A stretch of DNA of 64,000 nt. Origin: the human T2T-CHM13v2.0 reference genome, Homo sapiens. The translations under genes and the position numbers were made by a program. This document shows, piece after piece, positions 1 through 16,059 of this stretch. The notes below the pieces were generated by a model, which was given only the letters and a program-made list of their open reading frames with translations, was not told where the DNA came from and ran no database searches. The stretch lies in assembly GCF_009914755.1 (NCBI RefSeq), contig NC_060926.1, one strand, 5' to 3'. The first letter of the stretch is position 1; the number at the start of each line of letters is the position of its first letter.

Positions 1-249
1 CCTCCCCTGGCCTTGAGTTTTCCATTTCCAGTTCTGTTTTATACATCTTGCTGCCTGGGCCCTTTCTGGCAAGTCATTTCAGAAAGAGGGAGGGGACTTG
101 TTTTTGAGAGTTACCGATACTCCCAGAGGGCCGAGGGAAGAGACTGAGGCAAGTTGAGTGCCATGGGACCGTTTCTAATGCACAGCTCTGCTCACACCTG
201 TCCACTGCCTGAGAGCCTTCAATATACAATAATGACAATGACATCACCA

Positions 250-430
250 TTGACAACAATAATAACAGCAGTCAATGATTGAGAGCTTCGTGTGTGCTTG
301 GCATAGAAATAAACTCACAGATATGATCTCAAACGCCCACACTGTGAGTTAGAAATTACTACCCCCACTTTATAGTTGAGGAAATAGGAGGCTTAAAAAT
401 GAAGCAGCTTGGCCCAGGTTACTCAGTGCA
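250..430 (-). mobile_element. MIR SINE fragment
   Basis: MIR core-like text CCCCCACTTTATAGTTGAGGAAATAGGAGGCTTAAA...CTTGGCCCAGGTTACTCAG; boundaries approximate. Confidence 0.6.
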
Positions 431-489
431 GGGGCCGTGAGCGAGGCCTCTCAGAACTCTGACTGTGGGAGCGACAGTGACCAGCAGCC

Positions 490-864
490 CTGCTGCTGCC
501 CTTGGAAGCCCATTTCCATGAGGCTACGCCTCCCCTGGGCTACTCCTAGTCCATGGCTTGGCCTGGCAGAGACACGGAGGAAAGGTGGGAGATGCAGGCT
601 TGCTGTGATGGAAGACTTTGGCTGGAGGATCCCTGGCTGTCTTGCTGAGCTCAGAACTGCATTGCTCTGTGACACCCTTGCACACAACCTTCCTTCCTTC
701 CCTCTTTCCTTCACCCAGGGCCAGGCCCGCATCGTGGGCTGATGGCTCTCCCAGCCTCCCCCAACCCCTGCTGCATTCTTCCTCACTGGCCTTGCCCTGA
801 TCACATCTCTCAAGTGGCCAATGCCATCTGGGTGTCTGCATTTTGGAAGATCAGAAACAACCCA
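490..864 (+). mobile_element. ERVL solo LTR fragment (LTR16-like)
   Basis: 3' end GGTGTCTGCATTTTGGAAGATCAGAAACAACCCA and internal CTGATGGCTCTCCCAGCCT resemble the recalled LTR16 consensus. Confidence 0.55.
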
Positions 865-877
865 CACAGAAAAACAG

Positions 878-1304
878 TGGTGAAAGGACTGCTAGCTGAA
901 CCCCAGCATCTGTTCGCTGTTTCTTCCACAGTGAAGGAATTTTACCCAGTCTCCTGGAATGAAGACTACGTTTCCCAGGCTCCCTTGCAGCTAGCTGCAG
1001 CGTCACTGCTAGGCCTGGTCCATAAGATCTGAATGCAAGTGAACCCTGCAACTCCTGGATTGCATGCCCTCAGAGGGACGTGGTGGCAGTGCTCCTTCAT
1101 GGACTCCGTGAGGAGGCGACACCTTGGGGGTGGCAGAGCAATAAGACAGAAGGAGGCTGGGTCCCTGCTGGCTTTGCAGTGCAGAGGCGCCATGCCTTCT
1201 TAGACTTCTATGTGGGAGGGAAAGTCTTGCATCTTGTTTAAATTGCTGGTACTCTGAACATCTGTTACACCTACACAGCCAAACCCAATATCTCAACTGA
1301 TTCA
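878..1304 (+). mobile_element. MaLR LTR (MLT1I/J-like)
   Basis: TTTCCCAGGCTCCCTTGCAGCTAG, GGCAGAGCAATAAGACAGAAGGAGGCTGGGTCCCTG and terminal CAGCCAAACCCAATATCTCAACTGATTCA are typical of old MLT1 LTRs. Confidence 0.65.
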
Positions 1305-1380
1305 GATTTGAATTTTGGCTTAGTTGACAAAGCACTGGATTGTACAGGGCCTCAAAAGCCACATCATTAGTAGAAGGCAG

Positions 1381-2221
<841 letters not shown>

Positions 2222-4167
2222 GTAGCCCAGGGTGGAGGGAGAACGAGCGGGAGGCAGGGGAGCACAGTGGCCACGAGCACGGTGAACCGTTCTAGTGTGG
2301 CGCTTGGCACAGAGGAAGCCCTCAGGAAAGGCAGGTGTTACCCTTACGGCTATTACGATTGTGATTATGGAAGCCAGTCACACAGTGGGGTAGCAAGATT
2401 AGGATTAGCCCTGAGTGTGGAGCAATGTCTGCCATGGTCTGAAAGTGAGGCAAGAGCCTGACCTAGGGCTGAGAAATAATTTGAATCAGTTGTGGAGCAG
2501 CAAGTTGATTAGATAGCAGGGGAAAAAAATCAACCCCAAGGCAGCAGAGATGCTTTTCTAGTCCCACAGGGGAAGACTTCCGGCCTGCGAGGTAGACACC
2601 ATCCTGCTCATACCTTGAAGGCCCAGGGAAAATGGGAATCGGCCACCATGTTGGGTGGTTTGGGCCACTGCATCAGCACCCCTGAGCCCTGGCACCGCCC
2701 GCTGTGACTGCAGAAGCAGGGGAATTTCTCAGCCAGAGTGATCCATTTTGGATGCCAGTACCATGGGAGGATGCCAGTGGTCAGCTCTTTCCTTCCCTTG
2801 TCCTATGTGTGCCCTGAGGTCAGCAGCTAAGTCACATCTGACCTGCCCCCCATGCAGGAGTGACTGGGAGGACAGGATAAAAGCAGCTCCCCAGCCTGGC
2901 ACCTGGGGCTCTTCACAACCTGCAGCCCCCAGTCTAGCTCCTGCTTCACCCCCAGCCGGATGCTCGTCCCACCATCACACCAAGCCTCACTCCTGTAACT
3001 ACGCTTTTGCCTGGGCCATTCCCTTGAGCCTTTCCCTCTTCTCCCTCTGGCCAGCTCCTATTCATTCTGCAGTGCTCAGTCCAACATCACCGCTGGGAAG
3101 CTCAGCTTTCTTGATTGCTCCCTCCTCTCCTGGGACCCTGCTCATATGTGTCTTTTGCTAGACAGAAGGCTCCTGAGGAGCCAGGATTCTCACCTTTTTT
3201 TTTTTTTTTCTCCATCCCCATCAGGCCACAAAATGCATGGCACAGGGAAGGGTTTGACAACTTTTTGATGGATGAACAAAGAAGATTCAAGCCACTTGTC
3301 AACAAGCTCAAAGTGATTGAAAGTGGAAGCATTTACCCACACGCTCATGCAGAAAATGACAGGAAATCATCCAGAGACACTTGTGACAGAGATGAGAACT
3401 GTCACTGTTGAGAGGTGCTGCGGAGATGGGTGTCCACGGATGACCGTTCGGAGGCCGACTTCGGGGATGTGGCCCCATTAGCTCAAGAGTGGGTGACTCC
3501 CTACCACACTGATGGCGTTGGCCAGGACAGGACAAGCCTACTGCAGTGACACAGTGTCACTGATCCCTGACGCCCACGTGGGTGTTTTACTTTAGCTAAT
3601 GCTGCAGAGATAATGCAGACAGAGAAATGAGGCCCCAGCGCTGAGCAGCCCAATCACCTGGTTGTAAGCAGCGAGTGTTTCTGGCTCTGCTCCTGGGCCC
3701 CAAACCACTGTGGGCTCACGAAGAATCTTTCAGAGTTGGAGTCAGAATGTCAGGGTTTGAGTGTAGTCTCCACCCCTTAATGACCTTGCATTGATAATTC
3801 TATTCCCCGAGCCTCATTTTACCCATCTATAAAATGAGGACAAATAGTTTATTTCCTGGTTACTTCACTAAGATGTTGTATCAAAAAAGAATATATGCAA
3901 TAAAATGCTTTCCTAAGTAAAAAAAGATTTCCTAAGTCAAACACAGATTTTATTTTATATTTTTAGTTAAGGTTTGCAAAATTAGATGTCAGATTAGGAA
4001 ATCCGGACTACCGTGTGTGATCAGCAAAGTTATGACTTCAAAAGAAAACATAATTGGCGGAAAAACCTTACATGTGAGGCAGACATGATGAGATCTAACA
4101 ACCGGTGGGCATTGGTGGATGAGTTCTGTCTTACCTTGTGTTTATCTTTTGAAATCTAGGTAATCTT

Positions 4168-4315
4168 AGCCAGGAGCTATGTCTCATGTCAATAATCGCA
4201 GCAGTTTGGGAGGCTGAGGCGGGAAGATCACTTGAGCCCAGGAGTTCGAGACGAGCCTGAGCAACACAGTGAGACCTCATCTCTACAAAAAATTAAAATA
4301 AAATAAAATAAAATA
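4168..4315 (+). mobile_element. Free left Alu monomer (FLAM_C-like)
   Basis: Single left-arm Alu with (TAAAA)n tail; TSD AAATCTAGGTAATCT (4152-4166) / AAATCTAGATAATCT (4316-4330). Confidence 0.85.
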
Positions 4316-4346
4316 AAATCTAGATAATCTGACCTGGTGACTTAAG

Positions 4347-4390
4347 CACACACACACACACAACACAACACACACTACACACAACACACA

Positions 4391-4423
<33 letters not shown>
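4347..4423. repeat. (CA)n microsatellite, interrupted
   Basis: Direct reading of the CA tract. Confidence 0.95.
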
Positions 4424-4425
<2 letters not shown>

Positions 4426-4642
4426 CCTGGCCAGTCTTTGGCTCCTAGTATAAGTCTCAACACTGGGCTTTGTGATTCCACATGAGCTATTTCAAATTCT
4501 ACCTTTACCAAACACAGTAGGTAAAATCCTAGTTTCAGGCATAGCTTCTTGGACAGAGAGAGGTATTATTATTGTTACCACTAAAAATAAAAATAGGAGA
4601 ATATTTGCCTCACATATAATAGCTAATGGGCTTGTATACTTA

Positions 4643-5077
<435 letters not shown>

Positions 5078-5123
5078 TTAAAAATTCATGTTAAAATAAT
5101 AGGAAAACACAATGCTTTGGCTA

Positions 5124-5453
<330 letters not shown>

Positions 5454-7522
5454 AAATACGGCAATATATATCAAAAGTCACAAAAGCACATTTGCCACAG
5501 AAGTTTTATTTCTAAGAAAAATGTATGAAATTAGAAAATGCTCAAAGCTTTAGCTACAAGATTGTTCACTCCTAATAGCTCTGTCTGTAATAGTGAATAA
5601 TTGAACATAACCGACAGAATTATAGGGCAAAAAAACCAAGGCACCTTTTGAGGGATTACTTAAGATCACCACAGTGCTGTTAGAGAGTGCACACGCACGC
5701 ACACACACACGTCTAGCAGGATGTTCACAAATATGTTAAGTGGGCAGCTGGGTGGTAAGATTATGGGTGGTAAGACTTTTATGGCTTTTTTCCCCTTATC
5801 TTTATTTTGTACTTTATCTGCAGTGAGCATGTTAAGCATATGTCATGGGAAAGTCTGTAAAGGTTCTCATGGGTGAGCGCTTCCCAGTACTGGGGCCTCC
5901 GCCACGCTCTCTTCTTCAGTCCTCACTCGAAGCAGGGAGAGCTCGGGTGATGGGAAAGGGGCCCGCGGCTGGCCAGGGGAGCTGGGTGTGAATCAGATGT
6001 GCCTGGTTCCAAAGCCCAAGCTCTCAGCACTTGATGTGCGCCAGTAAGTGGCTGATGGGAAGTGGTGTACGCTTGGTACAGGGTGTTCTCTCTGGTTCCC
6101 TAGAGAACCAGAACTTCCAGGTATGTCTCTTCCGGGGCTGGAGTGCTTCTGAGTAGGGGCCTTCCACACTCTCTGGACTGCTATTTAAACCGGGCTCATT
6201 AGGACTCATTGGACACAGTCTGGCTGTCGAGAGCTCTGCAACGTCCTGCCCATCCTCCTAGCTGCTCCGTGGCCTCTGGAAGCCATGGTTTGGTCCATGT
6301 GAATTTAAGGGATTGCAGCTCTGACTGGAAGAGCAGGAATTCAGGGCCTTGAGCCTGCCCTGCCTGCGTTCCTTACTGGCTGAGGGACTTTGGGAAAATC
6401 AGGTTGCCTTGTTGAGTCTGTTTCTCCAACCTCCAGATTGGGAGAGTGTTTCCTGTCCCACTTCCTCTAGGGTTGCTTGAGGAATGCACTAGGAGTGTGA
6501 TAAGCAGCAGTACTTGTGGGAAGGGTGGATGTAAAAGTGCTCGCACAATTAACTTCTCGGGCTGGTATGCAAGTTTCTTGTTCTCTTTGAACAAGCGTCC
6601 TTGACTGCAAAGCCAGTGATGTATCTATCTCGCCCACCATTTCCTGATATGCACTGTTATGGAGAGAGAATGGGGAACGGCTTACATGTGGGGGTTTTTA
6701 GGGGGGCCAATGATAGGTATCCAAATACTTCAGTGTGATATCCTTGGCACAGAACAGGAGAATTTAGTGTGGAAGAGTTGGCAATCGAACTCCTGAATCA
6801 TCATTTGCATGTGTGTGCAGGTGTCCATAGGATGACCGCATGGCTATTTGGTGATGCTCTCCAGCCCAGGGAAGGAGATGAGGGAGACAGCCATGGTTGT
6901 GGGAAGATTTCTGTTTGTTACAAACACGGGCAATGTTTGATGATATCCTGTCCTGCGTGCCCCGGCACTGGGTTTAAACCTAATTTTATTTGGTCACCTA
7001 CGGTGTTGCAGCATGAAGAAAGAACACAGGCTCTGCCCCTTACCAGGCGCAGGGCTTTGAGTTATTTAATGCCTCGGAGACTCAATTGCTTTCCCTGCAT
7101 CCCAGTGGAAGCAAGTCCATGCTCTGCCCATCCCAGCAGGTGGGTGAGACCGTTGTTAGCAGCAGCACCTGGCCCTGCCTCAGTCAGAGCAGGCCCTCGA
7201 CAGGGCTGTGGATTCGATGGCCCCTGACTTGAAACTCTGGCCTGGCTCAGAGCCTTTCTGGATTTGAGGGAAATGCATGTTGGATTTGGGGTGCACAGCC
7301 CAGGAGACATGGTTTCCTTTAGCACCTTGGGTTTCTGACAGGCTCTGAGGGCACTGAGTTCTGGAATGAGGGCTGCATGAACCAGAGGCCCCCGAGATGT
7401 GGAATGTTGGCAGAGCACAGAAGTCACAGCTGATTCGTTATACATTCACTAAGTCTCTGTCACCAATGTTTTGGGACAAGTATCTTGTGCCAGGTGCTGG
7501 TAAGTCTTCACTCTACCCCTTA

Positions 7523-7969
<447 letters not shown>

Positions 7970-8387
7970 CTAGGGCTCTCCTAATTTTTGGGCTCCTGTC
8001 TTGGAGTAATTTATTCCATGGCCTCAGTGGCTCATCTGTAAAATGGGGTAATAATACTGTAATGACAATGGGGTTGCTAGGAGGAGTCCTGAGATAATGT
8101 TTGCAAAGTGTCTGCCCCAGCCCAGACCCTCAATCCCATACAACCCTCTCTGCACCACAGTCCAAGGGGGCATCCTCCTCCCACCAGCTTTGTTGAGGAT
8201 TGTGGGAGGCATTCTAACCTGAAGATGTGTTTTCAGCTAAATCTGCCCTTCTGAGAGAGAGAGTGTTGCTTTGGCAGGGTGGTTCCATTCAGCACTCACA
8301 GTAGACAAGGCCCTGGATGCTAGTTTCTGGGTGGACACACAGATGGATAAACCAACCTTGTGCAGCACGCGGTTTAAAGAGGAAGAT

Positions 8388-8693
<306 letters not shown>

Positions 8694-9138
8694 AAGAGGG
8701 AGATGGACAGACACATAGGACAGAATGACCAAAGGCCCACACAAAAGGTACACAGCAGAGAGGAAGGGGTTTAAGTGGCTGGGAGAGGGGGACTCAGGGG
8801 TTGGATGCTGGGGTCCAGAGAGGCCTTTGATGAATGGAGAAGGTGGGAAAGTTATTTCCCAGAAAAATACAGGAAGGTGAAAGGGTCCCCACCCCTCCCC
8901 AGCTCCTCTGGGGAGACTGTCTGGAATGGAGGTGGGTGGCAGTAGGTGGCCCTGGGAAGCATTGTGGGGTCAGGGTCTTGAAGGGACTTGGATGCCACAC
9001 TGAGGAGCTTAGGATTGATTATGATGGAGGAAAACCACGCTGGTGGTTTTGCCAAGCAGAATCCCAAGGGACTCATTGCACCCACCAGGGTTCTCTGAGG
9101 CCCCAGCTGCAGAGGGCAAGGCGGAGCCTGAAGGCTTC

Positions 9139-9495
9139 TGTATTAGTCCGTTTTCACACTGCTGATAAAGACATACTTGAGACTGGGAAGAGAAAGAGGT
9201 TTAATTGGACTTAAAGTTCCACATGGCTGGAGAGGCCTCAGAATTATGGCAGGAGGTGAAAGGTACTTCTCACATGGCGGCGGCAAGAGAAAATGAAAAG
9301 ATACAAAAGGAGAAATCCCTGATAAGGAAAGCCATCAGATCTCGTGAGACTTATTCACGTCCATGAGAACAGTATGGGGGAAACTGCCATCACGATTCAA
9401 ATTATCTCCCACCAGGTCCCTCCCACAACACATGGGAATTATGGAAGCTACAATTCAAGATGAGTTTTGGGTGGGGACACAGTCAAACCATATTA
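9139..9495 (-). mobile_element. THE1 (THE1A/B-like) MaLR solo LTR
   Basis: TGTATTAGTCCGTTTTCACACTGCTGATAAAGACATAC ... GGGTGGGGACACAGTCAAACCATATTA is the reverse of the THE1 consensus; 5-bp TSD GCTTC / GCTTT. Confidence 0.9.
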
Positions 9496-9818
9496 GCTTT
9501 CCACCACAGAGGTCAGAGGGAGGGGAAGAGGGAAGCGAGGCCTTCCAATTCATCTCTGGCCCTGGACCACTCCTGGGGGTGACCTTGGGGCCGGGGAGCT
9601 CCAGCCTTCCTACTCGAGGGGTTTCTAACTTAGAATCTGACAGCAGCCAAGGAAGAAGGGCTGAGCCCACATCTGTGTGGTTATCCAGGCAGATGCTGCT
9701 GTTGGCCCTGTGGACTTGAAAGAGGAAGAATTCTCTCAGAAAAAGTTTTTCCTGATGTTTTTCGAGAATAGGAGCCATTTCTCAATAACTAGAGACTTCC
9801 TCAGCAAAATCTCCATAG

Positions 9819-10185
<367 letters not shown>

Positions 10186-10466
10186 GAGATTTATTATTAT
10201 TTTTAATCAGTGAGATATGGGAGAGGGAGCTGATCATCCCACTTCATGGGTGACGCATGCCAAAGCTTGGAAAAGCTGGATGCCCTGCCCACCCCAGTCA
10301 CAGCTGCTGCACGGTAGACCCTGCATTCTCATTCTGCCCTCTAAGCTAGTGACTTCTTCACAGCCTGCCTGTGCTTATGGTAATATTTTTAACGAAGGGC
10401 TTTAAGTCCTGGGTGTAATGATGGCTTTTCCACTTACTGGTTGTGTGACCTTGATTGTGTCATTAA

Positions 10467-10897
10467 TAGGGAGGCCAGATCAAATACAGGATGTTTAGTT
10501 AAATTTGAATTTCAGGCCAGGCGCGGTAGCTCACGCCTGTAATACCAGCACTTTGGGAGGCTGAGGTGGGTGGATCACCTGAGGACAGGAGTTCGAGACC
10601 AGTCTGGGCAACAGGGCAAAACCCCGTCTCTACTAAAAACGCAAAAATTAGCTGGGCGTGGTGGCGGGCGCCTGTAATCCCAGCTACTCAGGAGGCTGAG
10701 GCAGGAGAATAACCTGATCCAGGAGGTGGAGATTGCAGTGAGCCGAGATCACGACACTGCACTCCCGCCTGGGTGACAGAACGAGACTCTGCCTAAAACA
10801 AACAAACAAACAAACAAAAATCTGAATTTCGGATAAACAATAAATAGTTTTTTAGTATAAGAATGTTGCATGCAATATTTGCTAACTCTGGCAACTG
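10467..10897. mobile_element. MER53-like hAT MITE, split by an Alu
   Basis: GCCAGATCAAATACAGGATGTTTAGTTAAATTTGAATTTC ... GATAAACAATAAATAGTTTTTTAGTATAAG ... TCTGGCAAC. Confidence 0.7.
10515..10820 (+). mobile_element. AluSx-like
   Basis: Full dimer with (AAAC)n tail; TSD AAATTTGAATTTC / AAATCTGAATTTC. Confidence 0.93.
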
Positions 10898-11009
10898 CAG
10901 TTATTCTTGTCTGTAAAATGGAGCGGTTGTGAAAAGTAAATGGGATCGTGCGTTAAAAAGAACTTGCCACAAAGCAGCACCGGATGAATGTTAAAAAAAT
11001 TAAAAATGA

Positions 11010-11384
<375 letters not shown>

Positions 11385-11407
11385 TCACTTTAAAACCCGT
11401 CACAACT

Positions 11408-11606
11408 AGGGGTCCATAAATTTTTCCTGGAAAGCTCTAGACAGGAAATCTTTTAGGTTTTGTGGCCCATGCAGTCTCTGCTGTGGTGGCACAAAAGTAG
11501 TCAGAGACGATATGTGATCAATGGATGTGGCTGTGTTCCAATAAAACTTTATTTACAAAAGCAGGTGGGGGTAGGATTCAGCCTGGGGCATTTGCCACTG
11601 CCTGCT
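11408..11606. mobile_element. MER58A-like hAT-Charlie MITE
   Basis: GGATGTGGCTGTGTTCCAATAAAACTTTATTTACAAAAGCAGG matches the recalled MER58 core. Confidence 0.8.
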
Positions 11607-12471
11607 CTCCTTGGGGCAACTGGGTACTCAGCAAGTGATTTGATCTCAGGTCTTCACCTTCCTTCTGTATTTGCTCATGGTTCGCTAATGGCCAAGCACA
11701 GGTGTTTTGTTCTTGTTTGTCAGAGAGCCACACATACAGCCTTGAGGACCACAGGCCAGGGGCCTGGCTTCCCTGGGAGCTTGCAGCTCCCTGGCTCACC
11801 ACACCTAAAGTATATGGACAAGTCCTTGTGTTACCCTAAAGCTGCCACAGACATGAGGGCGGCCCACCCCAGCGGGCTGGGTTTCTAGGCAGACATGGCT
11901 CCACGCTCCATCGGCCAGGGATTGCCATAGCAACCTGGGTTGCAGCTGCCTCCCCCTGCTCAGCACTGACGAGGTGTGCTCCCTTGCAAATGAAGTCCCT
12001 AGGGAAAAAAAAAAAAACCAATGTCTCCAATCTTTGAAGGAGTCATTAGGTCTGGAAGGACCTAGTTCCTTTCAAATCCTTCCATGGCCATTTCGAAGTT
12101 ACTGTCCTTATAAGGTGGGGACGTGGAAAGATTTGAAAGAAATAAAGCAAGACCAATAATAATGATGATAAAAGAAATATCCAAATGGTCTGTTGCGTAT
12201 GTTCAGGATTTGCCTGTCCATGATCTCAATTTATCTTCACCATCTGGAACGTTTTGTCTAAGTCATTAGACTGCCTGACACCTACTGCGTGTCGGGAGTC
12301 ATTCTAGGTCCCAGGGATTCAATGATGAAGCAGACAGACATTGTCTCTGCTCTCACGGACTTTATAGTTTATGCAGGGTTTGCCAGGAAGCCAAGGAAAG
12401 ATAAAATAAAATATTACAAACTGCAAGAAGCGCAGGGAAGGGGAGGCACAGGGCGTGGAGCGCTAAACAAA

Positions 12472-12984
12472 AGTTATGGAAGGCCATTGACTTGAACTAA
12501 GCTCCTGTACGAGGACCCCACAGGCCAGACTAAACATCAAAGTGGAGTCACCCAGGCTGAAGTCCCGCATCACCAAACTGAAACTAAGTTGTTATCTGAC
12601 CGCTCAAGAAATCAGCAGAGAGGTGACAGCCAACTTCCCAAACAGGCTAGTTTCAATCTTCCACTGACATGATCATAAAGTTCCCTCTATTTTAATCCTT
12701 ACACATAAAAAGGTAGCCTGGCTGAAGTTAACAAATAAGTTAATTTCCTATTGTTCTGTCTCCCTGTCCCCATCTTACAAGGACAGGGACTTTGAAATGA
12801 CCAGTCCACTTTTTGTCCTCTGTGTCTGCTTTCTTCAGCCCCTTCTGTCTATAAAGCCAACCTCCACTCAGCACATCAGAACACGTACTCTGTTTCATGG
12901 AATCCTGTGTTGCTTGATTCTAGAATCACAAATAAAGCCAATTGAGATCTTTCACTAAATTCATGGTAATTTTGTCTTTTGACA
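12472..12984 (+). mobile_element. ERV1 (MER4-group) solo LTR
   Basis: LTR layout: CTATAAAGCC TATA at ~12850, AATAAA at ~12931, ends TTTTGTCTTTTGACA; exact subfamily uncertain. Confidence 0.7.
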
Positions 12985-13218
12985 AGAGTAAGAGATTAAT
13001 GTGTCTGTGGGGTAAACCTACCTGGGTAGTAGTATGGTAAGGACTGGCCTCTCAAAGGAGGTAGTATTTAAACTAAGGGGCCAAAAGGTAGCAGATGAAG
13101 TCAGAAGCAAGGGCCAAACCTCAGAGCACCTTCTGGTCATGGTGAGTGTGTCTGTCAGTGTCCAGGGAGTCAGAAACCATTAGGCACTTCGGAGGAGTTT
13201 AACATGGGGAGAGGGTTA

Positions 13219-13563
<345 letters not shown>

Positions 13564-13996
13564 AAGGACAAAATGGAAATGAGTGGGGCAAGGATTGGAG
13601 GAGCAAAAGGGAGAGAGGAACTGTTACCCAGAGGTGAGTAAGAGGCTGATGCCCCTGGGCCCATGAGCCCACATGCTTCCATCCTCATTACACAATCGAG
13701 CAACTTGAGGCTCAACTTTTCAATAAAATGAAGGGCCTTGTTTTTATTATATACAGCCAAAAAAAAAAGCTTTAGAAAAATGTAACTAAATGGATGAAAT
13801 AATGAATAAATGCTAAAAATAAATAATCACAAGAGCCCCTACAACTCATTAAGAAAAACACTAACAACCAATAGGAAATTGGGTACTGGTTATTAACAAA
13901 TGGTTCTCCCCAAAGGGAACGTAGGTGGCTTTGAAATATATGACAAGATGCTCACTTCACTGATGGTAAGAGGAATGGAAAATAAAAATCCAGGGG

Positions 13997-14620
13997 TGTA
14001 TTAGGGTTCTCCCGAGAAACAGAACCTAGGGGATATACAGTCATACGTTGCGTACCAGTATTTCAGTCAACCACGGACTGTATATACGACGGTGCTCCCA
14101 TAAAATCATAGTGCTTCCATAAAATTACTGTATTGTTACTGTACCTTTTCTATGTTTAGATGTGTTTAGATACACAAATACCATTCATGGTGTTCCAATT
14201 GCTACAGTATTCAGTACAATAACATGCTATACAGGTTTGTAGCCTAGGAGAAACAGGCTCTACCATACAGCCTGGGTGTGTAGTAGGCTATGCCCTATAG
14301 GCAAGTGTAAGTGTACTCTGACATTCGCCAAACAACAAAATCGCTGAAGGACCCATTTCTCAGACTGTATCCCTGTTAAATGACATATGACTGGGTGGAT
14401 AGATAGATAGATGGGAAGGGATTTGTTAGGGGAATTGCCTCACAGTTATGGAGGCTGAGAAGTCCCATGACAGGCTGTCTGCAAGCTGGAGACCCTGGGA
14501 TGCTGGCAGCATGGCTCAGTGCAAGTCCAAAGCCTCAGAACCAGAGAAGCTCTCAGTCTTGGGGTGATGGCCCGGGAACCTGGCTGGAGAAGCCGGGACG
14601 TAGAGGGTACTACTGATGTG
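13997..14620 (-). mobile_element. MLT2 (ERVL) LTR fragment, split by Tigger3a/MER7
   Basis: TGTATTAGGGTTCTCCCGAGAAACAGAACC ... GGAGGCTGAGAAGTCCCATGACAGGCTGTCTGCAAGCTGGAGAC. Confidence 0.75.
14038..14393. mobile_element. Tigger3a/MER7A-like Tc1-mariner MITE
   Basis: Terminal inverted repeats CAGTCAT...ATGACTG; internal GTAGCCTAGGAG...CCATACAGCCTGGGTGTGTAGTAGGCTA. Confidence 0.85.
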
Positions 14621-16059
14621 TGGCACTGTACCTGGCTTCCTTCATTGACTTTTTAATCCACTCCCACTTCTATCTGAAAAAATAGGTGAACTAGAAATCA
14701 CCTTTAAGTAGTCCTAGTCAAATGCCCAACTATGTTGTAAAACTTTGAAAGTGAAAACTTTTTGGTATAAAAATTAAATGAGATAAAGTATGAACATGAA
14801 CATTTGCTTAGCTTAGAACCTGACATGTGGCAATCATTCGATAAATGACAGTTGTTAGTACAATACTAACCTGTGATTAATGGAAATTTATGTAACAGAA
14901 AATTCTGAACTTAATAAACTAATAAGTCTATTTCGTTCCCCACTTAGAACCCAGGGTCTAGCAGAGGTGTGATGAATAGAAGATGCTTCATCTGTATTTG
15001 TTGAATGAATGAACCCCACTGTCGTCTCCATTCCCATTATCAAAACCTAACCTTGCCATTACCAGCGACAGCAACCACCACTGAACTCAAATTCCAGCTG
15101 ACTTCCCAACCACTGAACCCTTGAGTTGCCCAGCAGCCCTGCATGTCCCTAATGCCCTTCAGCTCCCCTAGGTGACTTGGCCTTGGCCCCCTCGCATGTC
15201 TTCACGCTCGCCCGCATCTGCACCTGACGCTCTCCTTCCTCCAGAGGGGCTGTCCATGCTCCTTCCCAAGGCACAGATTCGTACCAGCCCCCAGTCCCTC
15301 CCCTCCCCACTGCATCCTGCATTTCCCCCACCGAGTGGATTCTTCCCATTTGCATGTACATGTGCTGTTATTTTTTTTTTATCTGCACTCAGAGACCCCA
15401 GCCCAGCCCCTTCCCTGAACGCCAGGCTCATGTTTCCAACAGTGTCCTCAAGAGCCCGACCTGGGCGTCTAACAGGCATTTCAAACTCACCACGTCTAGA
15501 GCTGCACCACTGAGCTCACCCTGACAAGGTCCTTCCTGCACTAAGCTCAGGCCAAAAGCCTAGAGTCACCTTGAGTCACCTTAACCCCTCACCTCTTGAA
15601 CCCCCTCCCCTTCATTTCCTGCAGGCACACTGGCAACCTTGCCCTTCCTCGAGCACGCGGATGTCCAGACCTCTCCCTGGCTGCCCCCTCACTGCCTCCA
15701 CCCAAACCCCAGCCTTTCAGGGCAGCCTTGCCCAGGCACCTCCCAAGTGGAACCTGTGCGTGCCTACGCCCCAGCTGTTCCACTCCCACATCTGCACTCG
15801 GTAGGAACACCCTTGCATGTTCACCAAGAGACACGTCCAAGAATGCGTCCAGCAGCACTGCTCATGATACATTTTGAAACCATTTCTAACTTACCTTTGA
15901 GTTACTCCAGCACTTCTAAACCTCACGCACAGCCCCACAGGGAACTAAGGCCTTGTCGAGCGAAAGACCCACCCTGCCTCACTGCCTTTCCACTTTGCCT
16001 TCTCCAGAGCCGGGTGGACTTTCTCATTTGCCCAGGGAAGCAGTGCGGCCAGGAGTCGA

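Noticed and set aside
3471-3545. tRNA-like start GGCCCCATTAGCTCAAGAGTGG
   Set aside because: A-box-like sequence only; no downstream B-box/T-loop or matching acceptor stem
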